Of a stretch of 64,000 nt of DNA, positions 22,020 to 32,851 are shown in pieces. Numbering within the stretch: position 1 is the stretch's first letter; each line of letters starts with the position of its first letter. The notes under the pieces are model-generated. The model ran no database searches. It was given only the letters and a program-made list of their open reading frames with translations, and had not been told where the DNA came from. The DNA lies in assembly GCA_964620485.1 (NCBI GenBank), contig CAZUGU010000012.1:14573-78572 (forward strand), read 5' to 3'. Origin of the DNA: an uncultured Burkholderiaceae bacterium. Its GTDB lineage: Bacteria > Pseudomonadota > Gammaproteobacteria > Burkholderiales > Burkholderiaceae_B. Both the position numbers and the translations under genes were made by a program.

Positions 22020-22787
22020 CTACTCTTCTCCTAGATAAGCTTTAATTACCAAATCATTATTTTGAACTTCATGTGGAGTACCAATGATGATTTTTTTACC
22101 ATTTTCCATAACTAGAATTCTGTTAGAAATTCCCATAATCAGATTCATATCATGTTCAATTAAAAGAACCGATATTTTATAATCTGAACACAGTTTATGA
22201 ATCATAGTCTTAAGACTTTTCTTTTCTTGAGGATTTAGGCCAGCAGCTGGTTCATCAAGCATTAATAATTTTGGTTTCGTAATCATACATCGAGCAATTT
22301 CTAACCATTTTTGATACCCATAAGAAAGATATCCAGCTTCAATATTTGCAAATTTTCGAAGATTAAAAAAATCTAACCACTTTTCTACATGTATCAAAGA
22401 TTTTTTTTCAGATTCACGATATGATCTAGAATTGAATAAACCAGGTAATAAATTAAAACCTAATTTTGTGTTTTGAGCTACTAGTAAATTTTCTATAACA
22501 GTCAATTTTTTAAATAATCTAATGTTTTGAAATGTACGCACTAGACCATATTGTGCAATTTTATGAGTAGATTGATTTGTAATATCTTTATCTTGCACTT
22601 GAATTAGGCCTGAGGTTGGCTGATAAAATCCACATATGCAATTAAAAACAGTTGTTTTTCCTGCCCCATTTGGCCCGATGATAGCAAAAACTTCGTGACT
22701 CTTAACTTCAAAAGATATGTTGTTAACTGCTATTAAGCCACCGAAATGCATAGTTAATCTAGAAACTTCTAATAAATTATTAGTCAT
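22020..22787 (-). CDS. livG: Branched-chain amino acid ABC transporter, ATP-binding protein
   Basis: 255 aa with GPNGAGKTT, LSYGYQ and LLMLDEPAAG. Its ATG shares 1 nt with the livM stop. Confidence 0.85.
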   Translation of the reverse strand: MTNNLLEVSRLTMHFGGLIAVNNISFEVKSHEVFAIIGPNGAGKTTVFNCICGFYQPTSGLIQVQDKDITNQSTHKIAQYGLVRTFQNIRLFKKLTVIENLLVAQNTKLGFNLLPGLFNSRSYRESEKKSLIHVEKWLDFFNLRKFANIEAGYLSYGYQKWLEIARCMITKPKLLMLDEPAAGLNPQEKKSLKTMIHKLCSDYKISVLLIEHDMNLIMGISNRILVMENGKKIIIGTPHEVQNNDLVIKAYLGEE

Positions 22788-24016
22788 TAATCTAATTTTA
22801 CATAAGGGCGACGCATTGGTAATAATCCCTTTGGACGAAAAACCATCATTAATACCATGATCAATCCAAATATCATCATTCTATATTCAGAAAATTCACG
22901 CATCAATTCTGGAATAATAGTTAGTAAAATTGCAGATAAAATTACACCAGCTTGTGAACCCATTCCACCTAATATTACAATTGACAAAATTAAGATTGAT
23001 TCTAAAAATGTAAAAGATTCTGGATTTATTGCACCTTGGCGTGCTGCGAAAAAAGAACCTCCCAAACCAGCAAAAAAAGCACCTAGAGTAAAGGCAGATA
23101 GCTTTATTTTTTTAGGATTTAAGCCAAGAGAACTACAAGCAATTTCATCTTCACGCAGAGCTTCCCAAGCTCGACCTATTGGCATTCTAATCAAGCGATT
23201 TGGTATTAAAAAAGTAATCCATGCAAGAATTAAAACTGTTAGGTACAAATATATCATATCCAGATTATCAAATTTGGATCCTATTAATTCATAGAATGAA
23301 CTTATATCTGATTTTGAATCAGTATTAGCTATTTTCATACCAAAGATTCCAGGTTTAGGTAAATCTGAAATACCATCTGGACCTAAGGTCCATTGATTTA
23401 AATTAATCAGTAATAATCGAATTATTTCACCAAAACCTAACGTTACGATAGCTAAATAATCTCCACGAAGACCTAATACTGGAAATCCTAATAAAAGACC
23501 AAAAATTGCAGAAATTATTCCTGAAAGTGGTAAAGCTTCCCAAAAAGTCCAATTTCCCCAATACGATAATAATGCATAAGTATAGGCACCGATAGCATAA
23601 AATCCAACAAACCCTAAATCTAATAAACCAGCAAATCCTACAACAATATTCAAGCCTAGACCTAATATAACATAAATTAATGCTACTGTTCCAAGATCAA
23701 TAGCTGTTCGATTTGCAAAAAATGGCCAGAAAATAACAGAAATAATCATTAATAACTTTAAATAATTATTTTGGAATTTAATTGTATGCAACGAACTGAA
23801 TAAAGTTATTCGTACTTTAAGTTGCCTTATATAATGAAAAAATATTTTTGCAATAAAAATTAATATTATTAATAATATAGATATGGTAATTTTTCCCCAA
23901 TGAATTTGAATTGACACATTATAATTATGGTGTGTCAATTTTAAACCAACTATTGGTATTAGCATAATTCCTGCTAAGACTAAAATGATCGAAAATTTTT
24001 TTAAGTTGTTTTTCAT
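22787..24016 (-). CDS. livM: Branched-chain amino acid ABC transporter permease
   Basis: 409-aa polytopic protein. It has the LivM-type N-terminal extension and a conserved [15 protein letters not shown] core. Confidence 0.85.
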   Translation of the reverse strand: MKNNLKKFSIILVLAGIMLIPIVGLKLTHHNYNVSIQIHWGKITISILLIILIFIAKIFFHYIRQLKVRITLFSSLHTIKFQNNYLKLLMIISVIFWPFFANRTAIDLGTVALIYVILGLGLNIVVGFAGLLDLGFVGFYAIGAYTYALLSYWGNWTFWEALPLSGIISAIFGLLLGFPVLGLRGDYLAIVTLGFGEIIRLLLINLNQWTLGPDGISDLPKPGIFGMKIANTDSKSDISSFYELIGSKFDNLDMIYLYLTVLILAWITFLIPNRLIRMPIGRAWEALREDEIACSSLGLNPKKIKLSAFTLGAFFAGLGGSFFAARQGAINPESFTFLESILILSIVILGGMGSQAGVILSAILLTIIPELMREFSEYRMMIFGLIMVLMMVFRPKGLLPMRRPYVKLD

Positions 24017-24032
24017 AATTTATAACTTATTG

Positions 24033-24962
24033 TTATATTTTTTCTATCGCAGATTTACCTAATATTCCAGTTGGACGAAATAATAGAAAGAAAATTAATA
24101 AACTAAACGTGATAATATCTTTATATTGCGCTGACAAATAAGCTGATGTTAAGGTTTCTATTAATCCGAGAAAAATTCCTCCTAATACAGCACCAGGAAC
24201 ACTTCCCACTCCACCTAAAACTGCAGCTGTAAATGCCTTAATGCCGGCTAAGAATCCAATAAATGGATTTAATCTACCAATTACTATAGCTATTAAAACG
24301 CCACCTACAGCTGCTAACATAGCTCCTATAACAAAAACAAAGGAAATAACTTGGTTAGTATCGATTCCTAAGAGATTTGCCATTTCTATATCTTGAGAGC
24401 AAGCACGTGAGACACGGCCAATACGCGAATATTTAATAAATAAAGCTAGAACAATCATTATAAAGATCGTAATGAAAATGATCATTATACGAGAATATGG
24501 AAGCGTTATAACAAAATTTGTATTTGTTTTAAATTGCAAAGCTCCAAATATTAATACTGGTATTGCTAAATCACTAGCACCTTGTCCAAAAATTACTAGG
24601 TTTTGCAGAAAAATAGATACACCAATAGCAGAAATCAAGGCCACTAAACGTGGACTATTTCTCAAAGGATAATATGCTATTTTTTCAATAGTAAAACCAT
24701 ATATACCAGTTACTATTATCGCAGCTAATAACATGATTAGTATCAGAATTGGCAATGGAAGATTACTATTTCCAATAATAGTAAAGGTAATTAATCCTAT
24801 ATAAGCACCTATCATATAAATTTCGCCATGTGCAAAATTTATCATTCCAATAACACCGTATACCATAGTATATCCAATAGCAATCAATGCATATATGGCT
24901 CCTAATGATAAACCATTAAAAAATTGTTGAATAAATGGTGGTATTAAGTCCAATATATGCAT
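24033..24962 (-). CDS. livH: Branched-chain amino acid ABC transporter permease
   Basis: The track start is TTG 24974. The ATG at 24960-24962 gives MHILDLIPPFIQQFFNGLSLGAIYALIAIGYTMVYG, colinear with the E. coli LivH N-terminus. Confidence 0.85.
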   Translation of the reverse strand: MHILDLIPPFIQQFFNGLSLGAIYALIAIGYTMVYGVIGMINFAHGEIYMIGAYIGLITFTIIGNSNLPLPILILIMLLAAIIVTGIYGFTIEKIAYYPLRNSPRLVALISAIGVSIFLQNLVIFGQGASDLAIPVLIFGALQFKTNTNFVITLPYSRIMIIFITIFIMIVLALFIKYSRIGRVSRACSQDIEMANLLGIDTNQVISFVFVIGAMLAAVGGVLIAIVIGRLNPFIGFLAGIKAFTAAVLGGVGSVPGAVLGGIFLGLIETLTSAYLSAQYKDIITFSLLIFFLLFRPTGILGKSAIEKI

Positions 24963-25479
24963 GTCTAAAATCAAGTTTAAGATTCTTCATTCAAAACAAT
25001 ACTATATAGATTTGAAATGAATAAAGTTTCTTTTATTTGTATTAATAATATGAATTTTTTTATTCTTATTTCTTATATTGCTTAAGGATATTGATTTTGA
25101 ATTTAATACTCTATAATAAAATATACAGTGAGTGAGTTTTTATCAAAATTTCTAAGAAACCTTTCATATAAAAGATATATCCCAAGAGTTTTAATTTGAA
25201 AAATCTTATATATTTTTTCATGAAAAACTTAAATATTTTAATGAATAAAATTCGCAGTGGTTTTAACATATTTTTTATTACTTTTATAAGTGTTATTGCA
25301 ATAATATAAAAACATTGTGTTGATTTCTGATTCGATTTCTAATAATACATACTATGTGAAACAGCGTAACAATGCATGATGTTGAATATATTCACTGACA
25401 TCTGATTTTCATATCAAAATAATATATAAACAGACGTTATTAAAGATTAGGAATTCCTATTCTATTTAGAATAACTTTT

Positions 25480-26325
25480 TTACTGATTATCATCAATATT
25501 AAACTGTTTTCCCATATTTTTTGATTTTTCTGCAGCAGCTTGCATAGCACATTTTACAATAGAGCAAAATTCCGCTTTCTCAAAAATTTCTAACGCAGCA
25601 ATTGTAGTTCCGCCTTTTGAACTTATTCGTTCTCTCAATTTCTTAATTGATTCATGAGATTGAGAGATTAATTCTATTGTTCCATGAATAGTGTAAAAAG
25701 CTAATTTTGTTGCTTCTTTTTTGTCTAATCCTAATAATAGGCCTCCATCTATCATTGCTTCTAATAACAATAAAATATAAGCTGGCCCGCTTCCGGATAA
25801 AGCTGTTACAGCATCAAGCATTGCATCATTTTTGACCCAAACTACTTTACCTACTGTTTCTAGTAAGTTAGTTACCAAATTACGATCATTAACTCTAACA
25901 GATTCTAAGGATGTTAATCCTGTTATACCTTTTCCAATTAGAACTGGGATATTAGGCATACATCTAATCAATTTTTTTTCTAAGTATTTATGTTTTTCAA
26001 ACCATTTTTTAATTGTATTAATGGTAATTCCAGCAACAATGCTAATAACTAAAATTTTAGGATTTAGCCAAGTCTGTGTTGAAATAATCGCATTATGCAT
26101 ATCCTGAGGTTTAATAGCATATATCCAAATATTACAATTTGATAGAAAAACACCTGATTGACTTTTAATTTTTACACCGCGTTCTTCCCAAATTGGGTGT
26201 AAATCTTTATTCGTGTCAATAACATAAATATCTTGTGGTGTACATATATTTCCAATAAATCCTTTTGCTAAAGCAGTTGCCATATTTCCGCCGCCAATAA
26301 AAGCAATAGAAAATTTTTGTTTCAT
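25480..26325 (-). CDS. proC: Pyrroline-5-carboxylate reductase
   Basis: 281 aa with N-terminal IAFIGGGNMA Rossmann motif and C-terminal S.GGTT motif. Confidence 0.85.
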   Translation of the reverse strand: MKQKFSIAFIGGGNMATALAKGFIGNICTPQDIYVIDTNKDLHPIWEERGVKIKSQSGVFLSNCNIWIYAIKPQDMHNAIISTQTWLNPKILVISIVAGITINTIKKWFEKHKYLEKKLIRCMPNIPVLIGKGITGLTSLESVRVNDRNLVTNLLETVGKVVWVKNDAMLDAVTALSGSGPAYILLLLEAMIDGGLLLGLDKKEATKLAFYTIHGTIELISQSHESIKKLRERISSKGGTTIAALEIFEKAEFCSIVKCAMQAAAEKSKNMGKQFNIDDNQ

Positions 26326-26525
26326 AGAATCTACGCCTTCTTCTTAAAGAACTCAATTAAATTAAAGAAAATTTTTTAAAAAATTAGTCAGTTTATGAAA
26401 ATACTAATAAAACTATTAAAATTGATATTCCATATCTTAATTTGAAGCGGACTTCTTCCTTTTTTGATAGAAAAGTCCTATATATTTATTAGCTATTCTG
26501 TTTCATTCAATCATTGAAGAAGTAA

Positions 26526-27713
26526 TTAATTAGAACATAAAGATTTACTGCCATCTTGATGCCAGGAATAAACATCAAATTTAAATCGATCTAAATCACC
26601 CTGACTGTTCCAGGAAATTTTTCCAATTGGTGTATCAAATGTGTGAGCATGCATATGCTTAGCTATAATCATAGGATTGGTACTTTTAGTTTGTTCGATT
26701 GAATCTGCTATTACTTTTAAAGCCGAGTAAGCAGTTAGCTGAAAAACTCCGTGAACATTACGTTTTTTATCATTAAATTCTTTAACTAAATTTTTATTTT
26801 CAAAATTTTTAGTAAAATCTGTTGGTAAAGTCAACAACATACCTTCAGTATAAGAACCAGCAATAATATTTATATCGTGGTTACCAACACCTTCCGGACC
26901 CATAAAACGGGATTTTAGACCCTGTTCTGCAGCTTGTCTAAGTAATAAGCCCATTTCAGGATGGTAGCCACCAAAATAGATAAAATCTATACCTAGGCTT
27001 TTTAATTTTGTAATAATTGAAGAATAATCACTGTCTCCTGCATTAATTCCTTCAAAAATAGTAACATCTAGGCCATTTTTTATTAGGTTATTTTTAACTG
27101 AGTTAGCAATGCCTTGACCATATGATTGTTTATCATGTAAAACTGCAATGCTTTTTGGTTTTATTTTTTCAGTAATATAGTTTGCTGCAGCTGGTCCTTG
27201 TTGATCATCACGACCAATTGTTCGGAAAATAAAATCATAATTTTTATTATCTGTCAGAATAGGTGTAGTTGCAGATGGTGTTACCATGACTATTCCTTTA
27301 CTATTGTAAATAGTAGTTGCAGAAATTGCTGCACCTGAGCAAACAGGACCTATAACAAAATTAATTTTATTGTTTAAAACACGATTTGCTGCATATGGTG
27401 CTTGTTTAGGATCACAACCATCATCAATAGTAACTATTTTTAAAAATTGACCATGAATTCCGCCTTGTGCATTTATATGTTCAACAGCAGTATCAACACC
27501 TTCTTGAATCATATTACCATATTGTGTTAAAGCACCAGTTTTTGGACCTACAACTCCAATTAATATTTTGGATTCTATAGCCAATACAGGTAAAACAATT
27601 CCAATGAGAATAGTAAATACTGCAAAAAATGAAATTAAGAAAGATAACCCTGTAAAAGGATTATCTTTCTTTCTTTGTAAAGAATTTCCAGTTTTTGATA
27701 ATAATATAAGCAT
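26526..27713 (-). CDS. livJ: Leu/Ile/Val-binding periplasmic protein (ABC substrate-binding protein)
   Basis: 395 aa with a hydrophobic signal/anchor segment and type-I periplasmic binding fold motifs (DDGCDPKQA, GPVCSGA). It lies in line with livHMGF. Confidence 0.8.
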   Translation of the reverse strand: MLILLSKTGNSLQRKKDNPFTGLSFLISFFAVFTILIGIVLPVLAIESKILIGVVGPKTGALTQYGNMIQEGVDTAVEHINAQGGIHGQFLKIVTIDDGCDPKQAPYAANRVLNNKINFVIGPVCSGAAISATTIYNSKGIVMVTPSATTPILTDNKNYDFIFRTIGRDDQQGPAAANYITEKIKPKSIAVLHDKQSYGQGIANSVKNNLIKNGLDVTIFEGINAGDSDYSSIITKLKSLGIDFIYFGGYHPEMGLLLRQAAEQGLKSRFMGPEGVGNHDINIIAGSYTEGMLLTLPTDFTKNFENKNLVKEFNDKKRNVHGVFQLTAYSALKVIADSIEQTKSTNPMIIAKHMHAHTFDTPIGKISWNSQGDLDRFKFDVYSWHQDGSKSLCSN

Positions 27714-27866
27714 TTTAATTTATTTAAAATTATCCAATCAAACTTATTTTGACTATTCAATCATCAATATATTCATAGAATATTAATTCTACATTCTTAT
27801 CTCTAAAAATCTATAGAACGATAATAATCTTAGTTTGCTTCAAGATTATTCGGATCACTATCCTAT

Positions 27867-29939
27867 TTAATTAGAAATATAATCATTCCATTCTTTCATC
27901 CAGCGATTTAGATGTATCTTAACTGATTCTGGATATTCTTCTTTTAACCATTGAGCAGCACTTTGAGCTTGTTTTATTAACATAATATCTGTTTTAAAAT
28001 TTGCAAACCGCAACAAGGTCATTCCAGATTGACGAATTCCTAAAAATTCTCCTGGGCCACGTTGTTCGAGATCACGTTTAGCAATTTCAAAACCATTACC
28101 TGTTTCAAACATAGCTTTTAATCTTTCTCGAGCAATATTAGATAATGGTTCATTATATAATAAAACACATATAGATTGTTTATTAGCTGCTCTTCCAATT
28201 CGTCCACGTAATTGATGTAATTGAGCTAAGCCAAATCGTTCAGAATGCTCGATAACCATAATGGATGCATTTGGCACATCAATACCAACTTCAATAACTG
28301 TCGTGGTTATTAATAAATTAATATATCCATTTTGGAATGATTGCATAATCTCAATTTTTTCAGGTAATGGTAAACGTCCATGTAACAATCCTATGCATAG
28401 ATCCGGGAATTTTTGCAACATATTTTCATATATATCAATTGCAGCTTTGAGTGTTAAATCAACACTTCCTTCTATTAATGGACAAATCCAATATATTTGT
28501 TTGCCATTTCTAGCAGCGTCAGTGATATGTGCAATAACCTGATCGCGGCGATCATTTGATATTAATTTTGTTAATATTTCCAATCGATTAGAAGGTAATT
28601 CATCAATAATAGAAATATCTAGATCCGAAAGAAATGTCATAGCTAATGTTCTGGGAATTGGCGTTGCACTCATTAATAGTTGATGTGGAATATTTTCTTT
28701 CTGAATTCTATTTTTATAATTTAATGCTAAGCGCTGTTCAACTCCAAAACGATGCTGTTCATCAATAATAGATAGACCAAGACAATCAAATTTTACATTG
28801 TTCTGGATAAGTGCTTGGGTTCCAATAACTAATTTTATTTGCCCATTTGAAATGTCTGATAAAGTCATATTTCTTAATTTATCACTTTGATTACTACTTA
28901 ACCATGCTGTTTTAATACCAAATGGTTCAAAATACATTTTAAACTTACGGAAATGTTGTTCTGCCAAAATTTCGGTTGGTGCCATAAGAGCAACTTGTGC
29001 ATTACAAGCAATTGTTTGTGCACTAGCTATCATAGCAACAACTGTTTTGCCACTACCTACATCACCTTGTAATAAACGTTGCATAGGATGTGATTTTTTT
29101 AAATCTAACAATATTTCTTGAACTACTCTTTTTTGTGCATTAGTCAATGGAAAAGGTAATTTTTGACTGAGATGATAAACTAGATTTTTTCGATCATTCG
29201 AACTTTGCAAAGTTTTGGCGTATAGCTTAGAGCGTGCAGATCTTAAAGCCAAAAGAGACAATTGTTGTGCTAATAATTCATCAAATTTTATTCGTATCCA
29301 AGCTGGATGTTCTTTATTAATTATTAAGTTTTTAACAATATCAGGAGGAGGCCTATGTAGTAAATTAATTGCAGATCGAAATTCTATTAATTTATAATAC
29401 CTTCGTATCTTTTCTGGTATAGAATCTATTAAATAATTTTTTCGATTTAAAACTGATGTAATGATTTGACGTAATTTATATTGAGATAGCCCATTGGTAG
29501 TTCGATAGATAGGCGTCATGCTCTTTGAAAGAGTAACGTTGGATTCAGATATGTCGGGATGAATCATTTCTTTTCCAAAGGGATTAATACGCACATTTCC
29601 ATATACTCTTAATCGTGTTCCAACTACTATTTTTTTTTGTTGTGTCGAGTGAAATTGTAGCCAACGTAGTCTTAGTTCTCCACTATTATCAACGATAATT
29701 GCAATAAGTTGATGATTTGGAACTTTTTGAACACTGACACGTACTACTTTACCTTCCGTTTGAGCAAAATGGCCAGATTTTAGATCTTTGATTGGTGTAA
29801 GCTGAGTTTTATCTTCATATCGAATTGGAATATGAAAAATAAAATCATCTACCTTATTTAATCCAAGTTTACGGATTTTATTTTGAATGGCAGATTTTTT
29901 TTGAGTATATGAAGGAAAATTATTTAATAAATTTTTCAA
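27867..29939 (-). CDS. recG: ATP-dependent DNA helicase RecG
   Basis: 690 aa with a wedge domain, helicase motifs GDVGSGKT, DEQHRFG and QLHQLRGR.GR. No ATG is near the N-terminus, so the TTG at 29939 is the best start (uncertain). Confidence 0.9.
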   Translation of the reverse strand: MKNLLNNFPSYTQKKSAIQNKIRKLGLNKVDDFIFHIPIRYEDKTQLTPIKDLKSGHFAQTEGKVVRVSVQKVPNHQLIAIIVDNSGELRLRWLQFHSTQQKKIVVGTRLRVYGNVRINPFGKEMIHPDISESNVTLSKSMTPIYRTTNGLSQYKLRQIITSVLNRKNYLIDSIPEKIRRYYKLIEFRSAINLLHRPPPDIVKNLIINKEHPAWIRIKFDELLAQQLSLLALRSARSKLYAKTLQSSNDRKNLVYHLSQKLPFPLTNAQKRVVQEILLDLKKSHPMQRLLQGDVGSGKTVVAMIASAQTIACNAQVALMAPTEILAEQHFRKFKMYFEPFGIKTAWLSSNQSDKLRNMTLSDISNGQIKLVIGTQALIQNNVKFDCLGLSIIDEQHRFGVEQRLALNYKNRIQKENIPHQLLMSATPIPRTLAMTFLSDLDISIIDELPSNRLEILTKLISNDRRDQVIAHITDAARNGKQIYWICPLIEGSVDLTLKAAIDIYENMLQKFPDLCIGLLHGRLPLPEKIEIMQSFQNGYINLLITTTVIEVGIDVPNASIMVIEHSERFGLAQLHQLRGRIGRAANKQSICVLLYNEPLSNIARERLKAMFETGNGFEIAKRDLEQRGPGEFLGIRQSGMTLLRFANFKTDIMLIKQAQSAAQWLKEEYPESVKIHLNRWMKEWNDYISN

Positions 29940-30034
29940 ATATTCGCACCAATAATAATCGTTAAAAAATTTAGATATAGAATTTCAATCAATTCAAGCC
30001 AGTCGCCAGTCAAAATTAGGTCAGTTCAAAAAAA

Positions 30035-30427
30035 TTAAAATATCAAAGTAGCTTCAACTTCAAATTGAGCTCCTTTTGGCAGACCATTTACTTCAACAGT
30101 TGATCGAGCTGGGAATGGTTTAGTAAACAATTCTTCCATAATTTTATTAACAATTACAAATTTCTTTATATCAGTTAGAAATAATGTCAATTTAATAATA
30201 CTGCTATTCTCATTAACAGATCTAGCAATAGCATATACATTTTTAAATGCTTGATAAACTTGATCGTCAAAGTTTTCCGATATAAGATTTTCTTCATTAG
30301 GTTTTAATCCAATTTGTCCTGATAAAAAAACTAAATTTTTATCAGCGGTTACTATTTTGGCTTGTGAATATGGACCAATTGGATTAGGAATATTCTTTTT
30401 ATCGATAACAGTAGTATTTTTAATCAT
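30035..30427 (-). CDS. ridA: RidA/YjgF family reactive-intermediate deaminase
   Basis: 130 aa. PIGPYSQA...SGQIG...PARS.VEV..LP....EVE is typical of the family. Confidence 0.8.
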   Translation of the reverse strand: MIKNTTVIDKKNIPNPIGPYSQAKIVTADKNLVFLSGQIGLKPNEENLISENFDDQVYQAFKNVYAIARSVNENSSIIKLTLFLTDIKKFVIVNKIMEELFTKPFPARSTVEVNGLPKGAQFEVEATLIF

Positions 30428-30588
30428 AAATTTAAATAAACTTATAAAAGAGTAGTGAGCTATATTATCTCAGATAATATCATTTTCTCAAATTTAGAAT
30501 CAAAAATTTATTCATGACCTTATATCATATTTAGTGTTTACTATTACTAGTATGTTACTATACGTTATACTGTCATATTTTCTATTTT

Positions 30589-31365
30589 CTATTTTCTAAC
30601 AAATGCTTTTTCTACAACATAGTCTCCAAGATCTCCTTTTTCTGAAGACATCCTAAATCCGCGTTCGTTTAGTATTTGACTAATATCTTTTAACATGTTT
30701 GGATTACCACAAATCATGGCGCGATCTGTCATCTGGTTTAATGGTGATAAATCCAGATCACTAAAAATTTTTCCGTTTCTAATTAATTCAGTAATTCGTC
30801 CCTGATTAGAGAATTTTTCTCGTGTTACTGTAGGATAGTAAATTAATTTTTCTTTAACTTTCCTACCTAATAGCGCATTATAAGGCAATTCTTTTCGAAT
30901 AAAATTCGCATAAGCCAGATCATTAACACGACGAACACTATGTATTAGAATAATCTTTTTAAATTTTTTATATGTTTCAATATCTTTAATAATACTTAAG
31001 AAAGGTGCTAATCCTGTTCCTGTAGAAAATAAATATAGATTTTCACCCGGTTTTAAATCATTTATAACTAATGTTCCGACATATTTTCGGCCTATTAATA
31101 TTGAGTCACCTATTTTTATATTTCGTAGTAGGGAAGTTAAGATCCCAGTATCTAATTTAACACTGAAAAATTCGAAATTCTTTTCATAATTAGCACTAAC
31201 CATACTATAGGCACGCATTAATGGTTTTCCAGATATTTCAAGTCCAACCATAACAAAATTTCCATTCTTAAATGTTATCATTTCACTACGGGTTGTTTTA
31301 AAGGAAAATAGATTGTCGTTCCAATGATGTACGTTCAAGACTCGCTCTGTATTAAAAATTTTCAT
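30589..31365 (-). CDS. fpr: Ferredoxin-NADP+ reductase (bacterial Fpr type)
   Basis: 258 aa with the RAYS FAD-binding motif (RAYSMVS) and the GTGLAPF NADP motif. Confidence 0.85.
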   Translation of the reverse strand: MKIFNTERVLNVHHWNDNLFSFKTTRSEMITFKNGNFVMVGLEISGKPLMRAYSMVSANYEKNFEFFSVKLDTGILTSLLRNIKIGDSILIGRKYVGTLVINDLKPGENLYLFSTGTGLAPFLSIIKDIETYKKFKKIILIHSVRRVNDLAYANFIRKELPYNALLGRKVKEKLIYYPTVTREKFSNQGRITELIRNGKIFSDLDLSPLNQMTDRAMICGNPNMLKDISQILNERGFRMSSEKGDLGDYVVEKAFVRK

Positions 31366-31517
31366 AATAATAAATGGATTATAAAGAAAATAATATGATT
31401 CTAATCAAGTAAATCAGAAATAAAATACTCATCAATTAAATGAATCGTCATATTAATTCAATATGATTAAATCATTTTCATATTCTTTCAAAAGTTTTGT
31501 TTGTTTACTTTATTTGT

Positions 31518-31569
31518 AAATCCATAATTCTAACAAATTTTTGCTAGAATTTGTTAGAATTATGGATTT
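31518..31569. repeat. Perfect 21-bp inverted repeat (31518-31538 / 31549-31569, 10-nt spacer) in the divergent fpr / fbpA control region
   Basis: aaatccataattctaacaaat ... atttgttagaattatggattt, paired base by base. Confidence 0.85.
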
Positions 31570-31738
31570 AGATTGTCACAAATTTAAGATCTATTAATTA
31601 CTAATCAAGAAGTTGAATATGATCTAGCTTCCTGTTATCGTTCCAATAATATTTTTTTAAAAATTCAATAAGTTTATTCTAAACTTATTTTATATAATTA
31701 CAAGCATTGTAATATTCATCTTTATTAGGAGTTGTTCA

Positions 31739-32770
31739 ATGTCAATTAGGTATTTTGTTCTTCGTGTTCTAGTTTTGATGAGCTTTACTTTATTTTTTTA
31801 TTTACCCGTTCATTCAAAAGAAGAAGTTAATTTATATACTACTCGTGAACCTAAATTAATTCGGCCTTTTTTAGATATCTTTTCTAAAGAAAGTGGTATA
31901 AACGTCAATACTATTTTTGTAAAGGATGGTTTACTTGAACGTGTAAAAGCTGAAGGTTCCAAATCACCTGCCGATGTTCTAATGATGGTAGATATTGGGA
32001 ATTTATTAGATTTAGTTGATAATAAAATCACACAAAAAATCGAATCAAAAACTCTAGAGACTATCATTCCTGAAAATCTTCGTGATCCTGATGGTATGTG
32101 GTTCACTTTATCTTTACGAGATCGTGTTCTCTATGTAAGAAAAGATTTAAAATTAGAAAATTTTAACTATGAAGATCTTGCTAATCCAGAATGGAAAGGA
32201 AAGGTTTGTATGCGCTCTGGTCAACATCCATATAATACGGCAATGATAGCTGCTATGATAGCGCATAATGGGGCTTCAGCTACTGAAGCTTGGTTACGTG
32301 GTGTAAAAAGTAATTTAGCTCGAAAAGCAACTGGTGGTGATCGTGATATTGCCAGAGATATTCTTGGAGGTATTTGTGATATTGGTCTCGCCAATACTTA
32401 TTATGCTGGCCATATGAAAAATTCAAATATTGGAACTGATTCACGTAAATGGGGAGATGCTATTCGCATTATACGTCCTAATTTTAAAAATAAAATCGGA
32501 ACACATGTCAATATCAGTGGTGCATCTGTGGCTCGCTATGCTCCTAATAAAGAAAATGCTATCAAATTACTAGATTTTTTAGTTTCAGAAACTGCACAAA
32601 CACTATATGCACAAGCAAACTATGAATATCCTGTTCGATCCAATGTAAAATTGGATCCTGTAATTGATGGTTTCGGAATACTTGAAGCTGATTCATTACC
32701 ACTGGTTAAAATTGCTCAATATAGAAAACAAGCTAGTGAATTGATTGATAAAGTTGGCTTTGATAATTAA
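31739..32770 (+). CDS. fbpA: Fe(3+) ABC transporter substrate-binding protein (FbpA/AfuA family)
   Basis: 343 aa with a signal peptide, an AGGAG Shine-Dalgarno 8 nt upstream, family-typical length and motifs, and a following permease and ATPase. Confidence 0.78.
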   Translation: MSIRYFVLRVLVLMSFTLFFYLPVHSKEEVNLYTTREPKLIRPFLDIFSKESGINVNTIFVKDGLLERVKAEGSKSPADVLMMVDIGNLLDLVDNKITQKIESKTLETIIPENLRDPDGMWFTLSLRDRVLYVRKDLKLENFNYEDLANPEWKGKVCMRSGQHPYNTAMIAAMIAHNGASATEAWLRGVKSNLARKATGGDRDIARDILGGICDIGLANTYYAGHMKNSNIGTDSRKWGDAIRIIRPNFKNKIGTHVNISGASVARYAPNKENAIKLLDFLVSETAQTLYAQANYEYPVRSNVKLDPVIDGFGILEADSLPLVKIAQYRKQASELIDKVGFDN

Positions 32771-32851
32771 CTTTATTTAAGTTAGTCTCTTCAGACTTTA
32801 ATTACTCTTTTTATCTCTAGATAGACAGAATATAAAAATTTATTTTGGTAC

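Noticed and set aside
22857-23294. 145-aa plus-strand ORF inside livM. Similar cases: 60928-61383 in ilvD, 12223-12525 in gyrA, 31810-32106 in fbpA, 25832-26107 in proC, 28261-28542 in recG.
   Set aside because: All lie antisense within well-supported conserved genes. They have low-complexity, Pro/Ile/Lys-rich translations with no recognisable motifs, and they lack ribosome-binding sites. These are typical shadow ORFs.
25480-26325. proC sits between livJ and livHMGF on the same strand.
   Set aside because: This is a gene-order curiosity only. Both flanks have several hundred bp of spacer, so proC is probably an independent transcription unit. There is no functional implication I can support.
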